Origin: Spirochaetia bacterium | GTDB lineage: Bacteria; Spirochaetota; Spirochaetia; UBA9216 | NCBI GenBank assembly: GCA_963675665.1 | Contig: OY776510.1 | Location: forward strand, 5,078,019 to 5,142,018 | Reading direction: 5' to 3' | Length of the DNA stretch: 64,000 bases | Shown here: piece by piece, positions 37,661-46,386 of the stretch | Numbering within the stretch: position 1 is the stretch's first letter | Layout: each line of letters begins with the position of its first letter | Notes under the pieces: generated by a model | What the model was told of the DNA's origin: nothing | Database searches by the model: none | Seen by the model: only the letters and a program-made list of their open reading frames with translations | Program-made: the position numbers and the translations under genes

Positions 37661-37697
37661 TGATGCCCTGACATATCCCAAAATACCGGAGGCATCA
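37661..37697 (+). promoter_or_regulatory. leader hairpin sequestering the ABC-F Shine-Dalgarno
   Basis: TGATGCC-N23-GGCATCA. The 3' arm contains GGAGG and ends 1 nt before the ATG. A 20-codon uORF (MVFIGYIWKKEQECPCKMKR) lies at 37474-37536. Confidence 0.35.
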
Positions 37698-37698
37698 A

Positions 37699-39174
37699 AT
37701 GAGTATACATTTTAACAATCTTACGTTCGGTTATTCCGAACTATTAATTAAAAACCTTTCCTGCTGTTTCGAACCGGGATGGACGGCTGTTACCGGCACA
37801 AACGGAGCAGGTAAAACAACCCCGCTTGATATTATTTCAGGGGTTCTGTCTCCGGATTACGGGTCGGTTTCGATATCAGGCGGCCATATCTACTGCCGGC
37901 AGGTACCTCATCATATACCAGATGAGGCAGAACTGTTGTTCAGCGACGATTCGTCCGAGGCTTACCGGACAAGGCTGAGTTTCGGACTTCAGGACGACTG
38001 GCTGCCCAGATGGGATACCCTGAGTTTCGGAGAACAGAAACGGATTCAGATTGCTTCAGCATTTCACCTTCAGCCCGAAATACTGCTCCTGGACGAACCT
38101 ACAAATCATCTTGATTCGGAAAGCAGGGATATTCTGCTTAATGCGCTGCAGACTTTCCGCGGAACAGGCGTTATTGTAAGCCATGATCGCAGCCTGCTTG
38201 ATCAGCTGCCTTACCAGGTACTGTTTCTCGATCCCCCTGAACACGATCTTCGCTCCGGAACATATACACAAGCAAACCTGGAAAGACAGCAGGAAGCCTC
38301 TTTCCGAAAGGACCAGCGCGAAAAAATAACCAGAGATATCAGAAAACTTGAAAACAGGGCATCGGGATACAGGAACCTTGCAAAATCGGCAGACTCAAGA
38401 CGCTCGAAAAAAAATATCGGAAGAAAAGATCATGATGCAAAATTCAAAATGGACACGGCACGCATACTCGGCAAGGATGCTATTCACGGCAAGCTGATGA
38501 ACCAGCTTCAGGGACGTATAAAACAGGATAGGGCGAAACTGGACTGTATTAAAACCGACAGGAAAAAAACATTTAATTTCGCCCTCAGCTTTGAACCGGG
38601 CCGAAGAAAGACCGTTTTTTCAATACCGGAAGACAGACTTTCGATGGGAGAAAAGGTATTAAGCTTTGATACTTTTGAGCTGCGAACCGAAGATAAAGCA
38701 GGGATTACAGGTGTAAACGGAAGCGGTAAATCCACACTTCTGAACCATATATATCAGTCCTGCAGGAAGGAGCGGACGCTTTATATTCCGCAGGAACTGG
38801 AGAAACAGCAAATCCGCAGTTTTTTCAACATGATTAACGAGCTCAACTCATCAGAGAAAGGCGAAATTTATTCAATTATGGCAGCGTTAGGTTCGGAACC
38901 GGAAAGGGTTCTGCTGGGCGAAACCCCCAGTCCGGGAGAAATACGAAAACTTCTGATTGCCGACGCAATCAGAAAAAAGATTGAGCTATTAATTCTGGAC
39001 GAGCCTACAAATCATCTGGATTTGTATTCTATTGAGGCGCTTGAGTCCGCGTTACATGATTACCGGGCCGCCATGGTTCTGGTCAGCCATGATCACTATT
39101 TTCTAAAAAACACGACAACAATACAATGGAGTATTACTGAAAATAAAAATAATAAATTTCATCTGAATAATTAG
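37699..39174 (+). CDS. ABC-F family ATPase (two ABC cassettes, no TMD)
   Basis: Two Walker A/B + signature sets (GTNGAGKTT / LLLDEPTNHLD twice) joined by a charged linker. Confidence 0.8.
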   Translation: MSIHFNNLTFGYSELLIKNLSCCFEPGWTAVTGTNGAGKTTPLDIISGVLSPDYGSVSISGGHIYCRQVPHHIPDEAELLFSDDSSEAYRTRLSFGLQDDWLPRWDTLSFGEQKRIQIASAFHLQPEILLLDEPTNHLDSESRDILLNALQTFRGTGVIVSHDRSLLDQLPYQVLFLDPPEHDLRSGTYTQANLERQQEASFRKDQREKITRDIRKLENRASGYRNLAKSADSRRSKKNIGRKDHDAKFKMDTARILGKDAIHGKLMNQLQGRIKQDRAKLDCIKTDRKKTFNFALSFEPGRRKTVFSIPEDRLSMGEKVLSFDTFELRTEDKAGITGVNGSGKSTLLNHIYQSCRKERTLYIPQELEKQQIRSFFNMINELNSSEKGEIYSIMAALGSEPERVLLGETPSPGEIRKLLIADAIRKKIELLILDEPTNHLDLYSIEALESALHDYRAAMVLVSHDHYFLKNTTTIQWSITENKNNKFHLNN

Positions 39175-39186
39175 AATAACAATCTG

Positions 39187-39939
39187 TTATACCGGAACAA
39201 CAAAGGGAAAACCACCGGCGTCCAGAACCATGACATCCAGACCATAAACCTCTTTCATGTTTTCAGGTGTTATAATGCTTCTGTCTCCCGCGGCATATAT
39301 CAGACCGTCTTTCAGAAGAACAAATTTGTCTGAATACCTTAAAGCCAGATTGATGTCGTGCATGGTCATTACCGCGGCCCTGAAGCCGGCATGAATAAGA
39401 TCCCGGATCTTTACCATAAGGCGATGCTGGTTACTTATATCAAGGCTGCTGGTTGGTTCGTCAAAAAGGATTACACGGGGGTCCTGAGCCAAAGTGCGGA
39501 CTATCTGTACCAGCTGAAACTCTCCGCCGCTTATTTCATCCGCATACCGAAGAGAGAGGTCTTCAATACCCAGAAGCTTTATTGCTTCTTCTATCTTGTC
39601 ATAGTCTTCCCTGGCCGGCTCCCACCTGAAATAGGGTTTCCGGCCAAGAAGGATAAGGTCGTATACTTTCATCCTGGAAATCTCACCCTGTTGAGGTACC
39701 CAGCCTATCTTTCGTGCAACTTCCAATGATCGCATATCCTCAACATCTGTACCGTCAATCCGTACAGAACCTCTCAGGGGAGAAAGGACCCGGTTCAGGC
39801 ATTTAAGAAGGGTTGTTTTGCCGCTGCCGTTAGGCCCCAGAATGGACAGGATCTCTCCCGCCGCCACTCCGAAGGATACATCCCTGATTACGGGCACGCT
39901 GTTATACCGGAATTTAAGGCCGTGAACATTGAGGATCAT
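39187..39939 (-). CDS. ABC transporter ATP-binding protein (FecE/BtuD-like)
   Basis: GPNGSGKTT, LSGGEFQL, ILFDEPTSSLD. Confidence 0.85.
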   Translation of the reverse strand: MILNVHGLKFRYNSVPVIRDVSFGVAAGEILSILGPNGSGKTTLLKCLNRVLSPLRGSVRIDGTDVEDMRSLEVARKIGWVPQQGEISRMKVYDLILLGRKPYFRWEPAREDYDKIEEAIKLLGIEDLSLRYADEISGGEFQLVQIVRTLAQDPRVILFDEPTSSLDISNQHRLMVKIRDLIHAGFRAAVMTMHDINLALRYSDKFVLLKDGLIYAAGDRSIITPENMKEVYGLDVMVLDAGGFPFVVPV

Positions 39940-40994
39940 CTTTTTCGTCCTGCTATAAGCAGATAAATAAACAGAGGCCCGCCCGACAGGGATGTCAAGA
40001 TTCCTACAGGAAGAACCATAGGAGAAAGAACTGTTCTTGCCGCTGTATCCGCCGCTAAAAGGATTATTGCTCCGACCAGCGGAGAAGCAACCAGTAAAAA
40101 GCGGTGGTCTCCGCCAAGGATTTTCCTGGCGATATGCGGCCCCAGAAGGCCTACAAATGCTATTGTTCCAAAAAAGGACACTATTATTGCCGAAAGAATG
40201 GAGGCTGACAACATCCCGATTATTCTGACGACCCCGGTTTTTACACCGAGTCCCCTGGCCGTATCTTCTCCCGTATCCAAGGCATTAAAATTCCATCGAA
40301 AGTAAAAGAACAAAATATATACGGGAACCAGCACCAGAGCAATAATCAACAGAAAGTGCCGGTTTGCCCGGCCGAGATCTCCAAAGGTCCAGGATATTAT
40401 GCCGGCCAGCTGAATACTGTCGGCAAGATACTGCATGAGGGTAAGACCGGCCGAGAAAATTGAGCCGATCGCAATGCCCGCCAGCACCATACTTTCAGCC
40501 GAGATTTTGGTTAAAACGGTAAGCAGGAGAATCGCTGCTGTTGACAGGGAAGAGAAAACAAAAGCTGAAAAAGCGACTGTAAAGGAATCGCTTATAATAA
40601 TAGTTGATGTAGTGCCGGTTCCTGCTCCAAAAAAAACGATGGCAAACGACGCTCCAAAAGCTGCAGCGCTGGAAAGGCCCAGCGTATATGGAGATGCCAG
40701 CGGATTTCGAAGCACCGACTGCATGACCGTCCCGGAAAGGGCCAACCCTGCCCCTACAAGAAGTGCGGCAATTATCCTGGGCATCCGGACATCCCGGATA
40801 ATCCTTCCGGCACCGGTCATATCGAACCCGAAGATACCTGAAACCACCTCTTTCAGAGGTATTCTGATAGTCCCCGTCGAGACGGATATAATTACAAGCA
40901 AAGCAAGGAGCAGTCCTGTAACGATAAGAAAAACAATCTTTCTTCTTATATATCCCCTGTAATGGTAATATATCGAAGAGCCGTTATGAAGCAT
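39936..40994 (-). CDS. FecCD-family ABC permease (iron-chelate/cobalamin type)
   Basis: 352 aa, 9-10 TM, FecCD-like Gly-rich helices. Confidence 0.85.
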   Translation of the reverse strand: MLHNGSSIYYHYRGYIRRKIVFLIVTGLLLALLVIISVSTGTIRIPLKEVVSGIFGFDMTGAGRIIRDVRMPRIIAALLVGAGLALSGTVMQSVLRNPLASPYTLGLSSAAAFGASFAIVFFGAGTGTTSTIIISDSFTVAFSAFVFSSLSTAAILLLTVLTKISAESMVLAGIAIGSIFSAGLTLMQYLADSIQLAGIISWTFGDLGRANRHFLLIIALVLVPVYILFFYFRWNFNALDTGEDTARGLGVKTGVVRIIGMLSASILSAIIVSFFGTIAFVGLLGPHIARKILGGDHRFLLVASPLVGAIILLAADTAARTVLSPMVLPVGILTSLSGGPLFIYLLIAGRKR

Positions 40995-40996
40995 AT

Positions 40997-42145
40997 TTAA
41001 TTAAACCAGTCCACTCTTTCAGGGCCGGCTTTCTGCCGGGCAACAACAGTATCGTAATCCAGCGGCACTCCGAAGAAAAGGTTCCAAATCTCCTCAGCCT
41101 TATCTTTTATTGATACATCACCGTACAGCTCCGGATAACATACCTTACCGGTATAATAGACATTAATAAGCTGATTTTCCCAGTTGGTTCCGTAATATTT
41201 ATATACAAAGGTTGTATGAACTTCACGGTTTATAAATGCCGGAACCTGCTCTTCAAGGACCGTCCGGTTTGTCATAAACCCGGCTTTTGAAAGATTTACA
41301 TTTGCCGCGTCGATAAATATATAATCCGGGGAAGCCGCTATCAAATCTTCAAGCGACGTCATATATGGTTGAAGGTTTCCCGCGGGATTTGTGGGCATTA
41401 CATTTTCCGTACCCGTCAGTTCAAACGGAAGGTAGTCTCCTGTTGTACGGAGCAGATCGGCAGGCCCGTAGTACATCATACCGCCGGCATAAGCCTTTTG
41501 GGGAGCCTGTGATTTCACAGCCCGGGCTTCAAGATCCTTTATAACAGCATCAATACCCGCTACCAGCTCTTCAGCTCTTTCTTCCCTGTCCAGCACCAGG
41601 CCCAATGTTTTAAGTTGATTATAAAACAGTTCCAGGTCAAAAAACTCCACATCAATATTGACGCCGAATACAGGTATTCCCAAAACCTCCTGAAGATGAT
41701 CCAGCTGGCCGGTATCTACGGCAGAGGATATAATGACATCCGGAGCCGCCGCAATTATTCCTTCATGGTTTTCCCCGCTTCCTATGCCCGGCAACTGCCG
41801 AAGTTCCGGAAAAGCCAAACGGTAAGTTGCCAGATAAAAAAAGTCATGAACTGTTTTTTCCCTGCCGTGTCCCGAATCTTCAACAGCAATCACCTTGTCC
41901 GCAGCATTCAGATAACTTACAAGTCTTAAAGAGCCGGCATCAAGAGCAATAATGCTGTTGACTTCTCCCGGTACCGGGACATCACGACCCCTCATATCGG
42001 TAACAGTAAAAGTGTTACCGGGTTCTGATATTTCCTGCTGCGGCATGGCAAAAAGACCCGAAAATATGCAGAAGACGAAAAGACCGATAAACAAAACCTT
42101 TATAATCGACTGTCGATATACCCTGTAATTGCGAGCGTTCAACAT
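40997..42145 (-). CDS. ABC periplasmic binding protein (class III; BtuF/FhuD-like)
   Basis: 382 aa with a signal/anchor. Two-lobe PBP pattern for chelated metals/corrinoids. Confidence 0.7.
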   Translation of the reverse strand: MLNARNYRVYRQSIIKVLFIGLFVFCIFSGLFAMPQQEISEPGNTFTVTDMRGRDVPVPGEVNSIIALDAGSLRLVSYLNAADKVIAVEDSGHGREKTVHDFFYLATYRLAFPELRQLPGIGSGENHEGIIAAAPDVIISSAVDTGQLDHLQEVLGIPVFGVNIDVEFFDLELFYNQLKTLGLVLDREERAEELVAGIDAVIKDLEARAVKSQAPQKAYAGGMMYYGPADLLRTTGDYLPFELTGTENVMPTNPAGNLQPYMTSLEDLIAASPDYIFIDAANVNLSKAGFMTNRTVLEEQVPAFINREVHTTFVYKYYGTNWENQLINVYYTGKVCYPELYGDVSIKDKAEEIWNLFFGVPLDYDTVVARQKAGPERVDWFN

Positions 42146-42320
42146 AAAAACCTCCGGTGTTTAATCATCATTGCCCTTTAGATGTGTTTTGATTAAAGCA
42201 ACAAGTGAATTTAACAGTGTTACGTTATTTTATTTTCGTGTTACTGGTATAGAAAATACTATTTTTTTGTTTTCAGGTCAATAGCCGTAAACAGTTCAAA
42301 AGGCTTTAAAGGTGCGAAAT

Positions 42321-42743
42321 TTATTTTTTTATCAATTCTCTGTATAATTCATCCGTAGCAGAAATAGTAAGTTGGCCGATCAGATTTTTATTTGATAAAA
42401 GTTTTCGGGCCCAGGCATGGACCTCTTTACCCTTGCCCTTGATAACCATAACCTTTACACAGATTTCCTTTTCCGCATGAAGCTGTAAATTGGCTGTGAT
42501 TCGCACCGATGGAAAAGAACTTACCGATACGCGGGGAAGACGGGTTTCGTAATTATACAACAGGGTTACGGTTCCGATAACTTCCCGATCAGCATCATGG
42601 GAACCGACTTCGATCAGCTCCTGCCTGACCAGTTCCCGTATTGTTTCGGACCTGCTCTCATGTCCTCCCTGAGAGGTCAGCCTGTCCAAAAGCTCGACGA
42701 GCTCACTGTCCATAGATACACCGAAGCGTATTGTATCACCCAT
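42321..42743 (-). CDS. NikR-family (ribbon-helix-helix + ACT-like) nickel-responsive regulator
   Basis: N-terminal RFGVSMDSELVELLD...RSETIRELVR RHH. C-terminal HAEKEICVKV...H block resembles the NikR metal-binding domain. Confidence 0.6.
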   Translation of the reverse strand: MGDTIRFGVSMDSELVELLDRLTSQGGHESRSETIRELVRQELIEVGSHDADREVIGTVTLLYNYETRLPRVSVSSFPSVRITANLQLHAEKEICVKVMVIKGKGKEVHAWARKLLSNKNLIGQLTISATDELYRELIKK

Positions 42744-42849
42744 ACATCCTCCAAAATTTAAAGTAGCATTAATAAAATAAATATATGCGGCTGAAACAAG
42801 GTGATCAGCAGATTTCGGCGGCCGCCAATCTTAAAACATGGAAACTCTT

Positions 42850-43254
42850 CTATATCTTCTCCAGAAAAGCATACAACTCGGGCGCCCTGTTCTTCAGATT
42901 AATAACCTTCAGTTTGGCGTCGGTCCAGGCATGGGACGTTCGGCCCGTACAGAGAACTTCTTCCTCACCTTTTCGTCTTACCTCGTAACCCAGCACAAGC
43001 CGTGCAATTGACAGCTTCTCTACAAAACAATGAACAGTCACTGTTTCGCCGTAGCGTACTCCGCCTTTATAATCACATTCAAGGTGGGCGGCAGGCAGCA
43101 TAATTCCTTCTTTCTCAATCCGGGCATACGGATAACCAGCCTGATCCATCATGTCGGTTCTTGCCGCTTCGAACCAGACCGGATATACACAATGATGAAC
43201 CACACCCATCTGATCTGTTTCTGCATAACGGACGACAATATCTGTATAACTCAT
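42850..43254 (-). CDS. hotdog-fold acyl-CoA thioesterase (4HBT/YbgC-like)
   Basis: VRYAETDQMGVVHHCVY is the family N-terminal motif. Confidence 0.75.
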   Translation of the reverse strand: MSYTDIVVRYAETDQMGVVHHCVYPVWFEAARTDMMDQAGYPYARIEKEGIMLPAAHLECDYKGGVRYGETVTVHCFVEKLSIARLVLGYEVRRKGEEEVLCTGRTSHAWTDAKLKVINLKNRAPELYAFLEKI

Positions 43255-43303
43255 ACTTCAGGTTAGCATAAAGCCGTACTGGTCTTCAAGCAATGTTTAA
43301 TGT

Positions 43304-43693
43304 ATGATTGACCTGATGGCAAGAACTGTTTTCAGACTGCTGGACTTTATAATTATTGCCGCAGCAGTCGCTGTTGTAATATTATTATCTGTTTATATAT
43401 ACTCTTCCGACTCCGGAGAGGCTGTAGTAAAAATCACAGCCGCCGACACCGAATATATTTACCCTCTTTCTCAAAACACTGAAGTATTTATTGACGGGCC
43501 CATCGGTCAGACCCTGGTAATAATCAGCGACAGTAAAGCATGGATCTCCGAATCTCCATGTGAAAATAAACTGTGCATTTTAATGGGTCAGATTTCAAAA
43601 CCCGGTCAATGGGCGGCCTGCATGCCGAACAGGGTATTCATCTCAATTGAAGGAGGCAGCGATGATCAGGAAATCGACGTTCTCTCTTACTGA
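43304..43693 (+). CDS. NusG-domain-II-like (DUF1312-like) membrane-anchored protein
   Basis: N-terminal TM followed by a small beta-domain. Commonly precedes Gx transporter genes. Confidence 0.45.
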   Translation: MIDLMARTVFRLLDFIIIAAAVAVVILLSVYIYSSDSGEAVVKITAADTEYIYPLSQNTEVFIDGPIGQTLVIISDSKAWISESPCENKLCILMGQISKPGQWAACMPNRVFISIEGGSDDQEIDVLSY

Positions 43694-44837
43694 TACGGCG
43701 GTACTCGCAGCCTTCTGCATGTTTCTGTCCATTATTGAATATATGATACCCAAACCTATGCCGTTCATGCGCCTTGGTCTGGCACATCTGCCGGTTCTGC
43801 TCTCGCTGCTCATTTTCCCGGCGAGAGGTACATTGCTGCTGACTCTGCTTAAGATTCTCGGCCAGGGGCTGGTAAACGGAACCCTTTTCTCATATGTGTT
43901 TCTGTTCTCGGCAGCAGGATCGGTTTCAAGCACTCTGGCAATGCTTATCGTATACAGGCTTTTCCGAAAAAGAATCTCTCTGATAGGCGTAAGCGTATGC
44001 GGCGCAATGGTTTCAAACATTGTTCAGATTCTGCTTGCCAGGGTTTTTATTTTCGGCAGGGCGGCTGTTCTGATAGCGCCCCCGTTCCTTGCCGTCGGCA
44101 TTATAAGTTCGGTTCTGCTCGGACTTTTTGCCGCAGGTTTTGCTTCCCGTTCGGAGTGGATAAGCAATCGTACCGACAGTGATTTTTCAAATTCCAACAT
44201 TGCTGCCGACACCATGAATACCGGCAAAGTTTTTTACCGAAAATCGTTTTCCGGTTTATCTTTGCCCGGGATTACGTTTCTCTTCGGGCTTCTGTGCATA
44301 CCAGCTTTTGTATTTCAGCATAATACAATTTTTATAATATCTGAAACTGTGTTCTTTATTATTTTTTCTGTTTTGCGAGGAAAACATTTCAGGCTGCTGC
44401 CCAATCTGCTGATGGCCGCGGGCATAATCACGGCAAGCCTGCTGGTTCCTTACGGAAGGGTTATCGCTGAAATAGGGACTTTGAAAATAACACTGGGGGC
44501 TATTGAAGCCGGAGCCCGGAGAGCTGCTGTCATTATCGGGTTAATCTACATTTCGAGGGCTTCGGTTATCAGGGGTCTTGTTCTGCCGGGAAAACTGGGG
44601 AATATGCTGTCGCTGGTATTTTATTACTTTGAAAAATTAACAGAGGGCGAACGGATAAGCCGCACAAATATTTTCAGCCAGCTTGATAAAAAGCTGCTGA
44701 GACTGTCAGGCCCTTTCGAAACTGAAAAGGGAAAACCGGTTCAGGACGAATCAGCTGCAACATTACTGCAGTATATTGTTGCTGCGCTTCCCATGCTCTT
44801 TGCATGGGTTCTTTTTGCTCTTGAAACACTGTGTTAA
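43647..44837 (+). CDS. Gx-transporter / heptaprenyl-diphosphate-synthase-component-I-like membrane protein with extra C-terminal TM domain
   Basis: N-terminal about 170 aa resemble the Hpre_diP_synt_I family. About 9 TM in total. Confidence 0.55.
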   Translation: MKEAAMIRKSTFSLTDTAVLAAFCMFLSIIEYMIPKPMPFMRLGLAHLPVLLSLLIFPARGTLLLTLLKILGQGLVNGTLFSYVFLFSAAGSVSSTLAMLIVYRLFRKRISLIGVSVCGAMVSNIVQILLARVFIFGRAAVLIAPPFLAVGIISSVLLGLFAAGFASRSEWISNRTDSDFSNSNIAADTMNTGKVFYRKSFSGLSLPGITFLFGLLCIPAFVFQHNTIFIISETVFFIIFSVLRGKHFRLLPNLLMAAGIITASLLVPYGRVIAEIGTLKITLGAIEAGARRAAVIIGLIYISRASVIRGLVLPGKLGNMLSLVFYYFEKLTEGERISRTNIFSQLDKKLLRLSGPFETEKGKPVQDESAATLLQYIVAALPMLFAWVLFALETLC

Positions 44838-44844
44838 GCCGATT

Positions 44845-45495
44845 CTAAAAACGGTAGCGGATACCTGCCTGAGGATTAAGACCGGCATCTACCGGCATAA
44901 TTGAGCCGAACTCCCATGTACCGCCTATGCCAATTTCAAAGGGCACAGAGAAATGATCAAAAAATACCAGCTCAAACCCGAACCCCAAACCTCCAGCCAG
45001 TCCCGGCACATATACCGGCTCTGAAACACTGGTGTTACGGTACTCCTTGTACGGGCTGCCGTCTTCCGGATTAACCGTTACTTCTTCATAGTAATAGGTC
45101 GTTCTCATTACCCCTATATGCATACCGCCCAGAAACAGGTACAGGCAACCGTCGAACCAGTCGCCGTATGAATCTTCATAAAGCATATACTGGACTTCAA
45201 CTCCGATGTTATAAGTAAACTCATCTACATTTACCGGATCAGCTGTATAATAGGGTGATATGGCATATAACTCCTGTTCCTCCGGATAATAGAACAGACC
45301 GGCAGCATACTGGAAGCCCACCTTGCCGAACCAATGCTGATGACTCAGCCCGCTTCCGGCGATTGGGCCGAAAAAACCGCCGAGTGCGTTATCATAGGTA
45401 TTAAAAATGTTCTCATCATCGGCCGTTGCCGAAATCACGATAAAAAGCGAAAATAAAAGAAAAAGAAACAGTATTTTTGATAATTTATTTTTCAA
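44845..45495 (-). CDS. putative outer-membrane beta-barrel protein
   Basis: Signal peptide, alternating aromatic/Gly strands, C-terminal RYRF. Confidence 0.45.
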   Translation of the reverse strand: MKNKLSKILFLFLLFSLFIVISATADDENIFNTYDNALGGFFGPIAGSGLSHQHWFGKVGFQYAAGLFYYPEEQELYAISPYYTADPVNVDEFTYNIGVEVQYMLYEDSYGDWFDGCLYLFLGGMHIGVMRTTYYYEEVTVNPEDGSPYKEYRNTSVSEPVYVPGLAGGLGFGFELVFFDHFSVPFEIGIGGTWEFGSIMPVDAGLNPQAGIRYRF

Positions 45496-45512
45496 TATAA
45501 CCCCCTCGAAGA

Positions 45513-45860
45513 TTATTCCGGGGCAAGCCCGGAAGCCCTCCTTTCCGGAATACTCGCAGGTTCCTCACCTGAGCCGGCAAATGATTCCGACATATAAAGA
45601 CCGCAGTAACAGTGGCCGAATTCACGTACATCCTCGGCACAGTATTTACACGGACAGATTACGTCCCGGTCTTTCTCACGTTCGCCCCATGCTTCCCTGC
45701 ACGGGCACTGAAAATATCCGAATTGCTGATAGTTATTATAAAGCCCTTCTATGACAGAATCGCGAAAATCAGCATCAGGATTCAGAACCCATCCGTTTTT
45801 GTCCGCCGCATTTTCAGCAAATTCGGCGACATTTTCTATTGCAAGTTTTTTTTCTCCCAT
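45513..45860 (-). CDS. ferredoxin-thioredoxin reductase catalytic subunit-like protein
   Basis: CPC-x16-CPC-x13-HCYC spacing matches the FTR catalytic Fe-S/disulfide motif. Confidence 0.65.
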   Translation of the reverse strand: MGEKKLAIENVAEFAENAADKNGWVLNPDADFRDSVIEGLYNNYQQFGYFQCPCREAWGEREKDRDVICPCKYCAEDVREFGHCYCGLYMSESFAGSGEEPASIPERRASGLAPE

Positions 45861-45862
45861 AA

Positions 45863-46159
45863 TCAGCCCAGCTTTTCAAGCCACTGGTCTTTTTTGAAAC
45901 CCTTGATAAAATCAGAGTCGTCAATTATCAGAAAAGGATAGAGGATATCCGGTGAAAAGCGGCTTTTCACATCATCCTTCAGCGTAATTCTTTCGTCGCG
46001 ATCAAGCTTGTCGACATCAACAAAACTGTATGACCAGCCTTCTTCATCAAGAAAAGCTTTAGCGCGTTTGCAGAATCCGCAGGTCGACAGCCCAAGAAAA
46101 ACAAGTTCTTTGCCTGCTCTTGAACCTTCAATTTTTGTAAAATTCGTTAAATCAATCAT
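45863..46159 (-). CDS. glutaredoxin/thioredoxin-like small redox protein
   Basis: CGFC active site in a 98-aa thioredoxin fold. Three nt upstream of the FTR-like gene. Confidence 0.6.
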   Translation of the reverse strand: MIDLTNFTKIEGSRAGKELVFLGLSTCGFCKRAKAFLDEEGWSYSFVDVDKLDRDERITLKDDVKSRFSPDILYPFLIIDDSDFIKGFKKDQWLEKLG

Positions 46160-46296
46160 TTGATAAATATACTATAAAATCACGGGTTTTCCAAATAAAA
46201 GCAGACCGGAAGAAAGAACAGTATAAACCATTCTTCCTCCCGGTCAATTTGATAAAGGAGAATTGAGCCAGCAAAAGCTCTCATGAAAAACTATAG

Positions 46297-46340
46297 AGCC
46301 GTTCCGTTAAATGTTGTTTTCGGAGGGGTTGGAACGGCTC
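46297..46340 (-). terminator. htrA terminator
   Basis: GAGCCGTTCC-N24-GGAACGGCTC followed by UAUAGUUUUUCAU on the minus strand. Confidence 0.45.
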
Positions 46341-46386
46341 CGAAAAATCAGGGATAACGCACTTGTCCTTACGTCCCCCCTGAAAC

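Noticed and set aside
40435-40962. 175-aa plus-strand ORF
   Set aside because: It is antisense to the FecCD permease gene and has no motifs.
42146-42320. Possible cobalamin riboswitch upstream of the BtuF-like SBP gene
   Set aside because: I found no B12-box (GCCACUG-like) or the typical conserved stems in the 175-nt leader. It should be checked with a covariance model.
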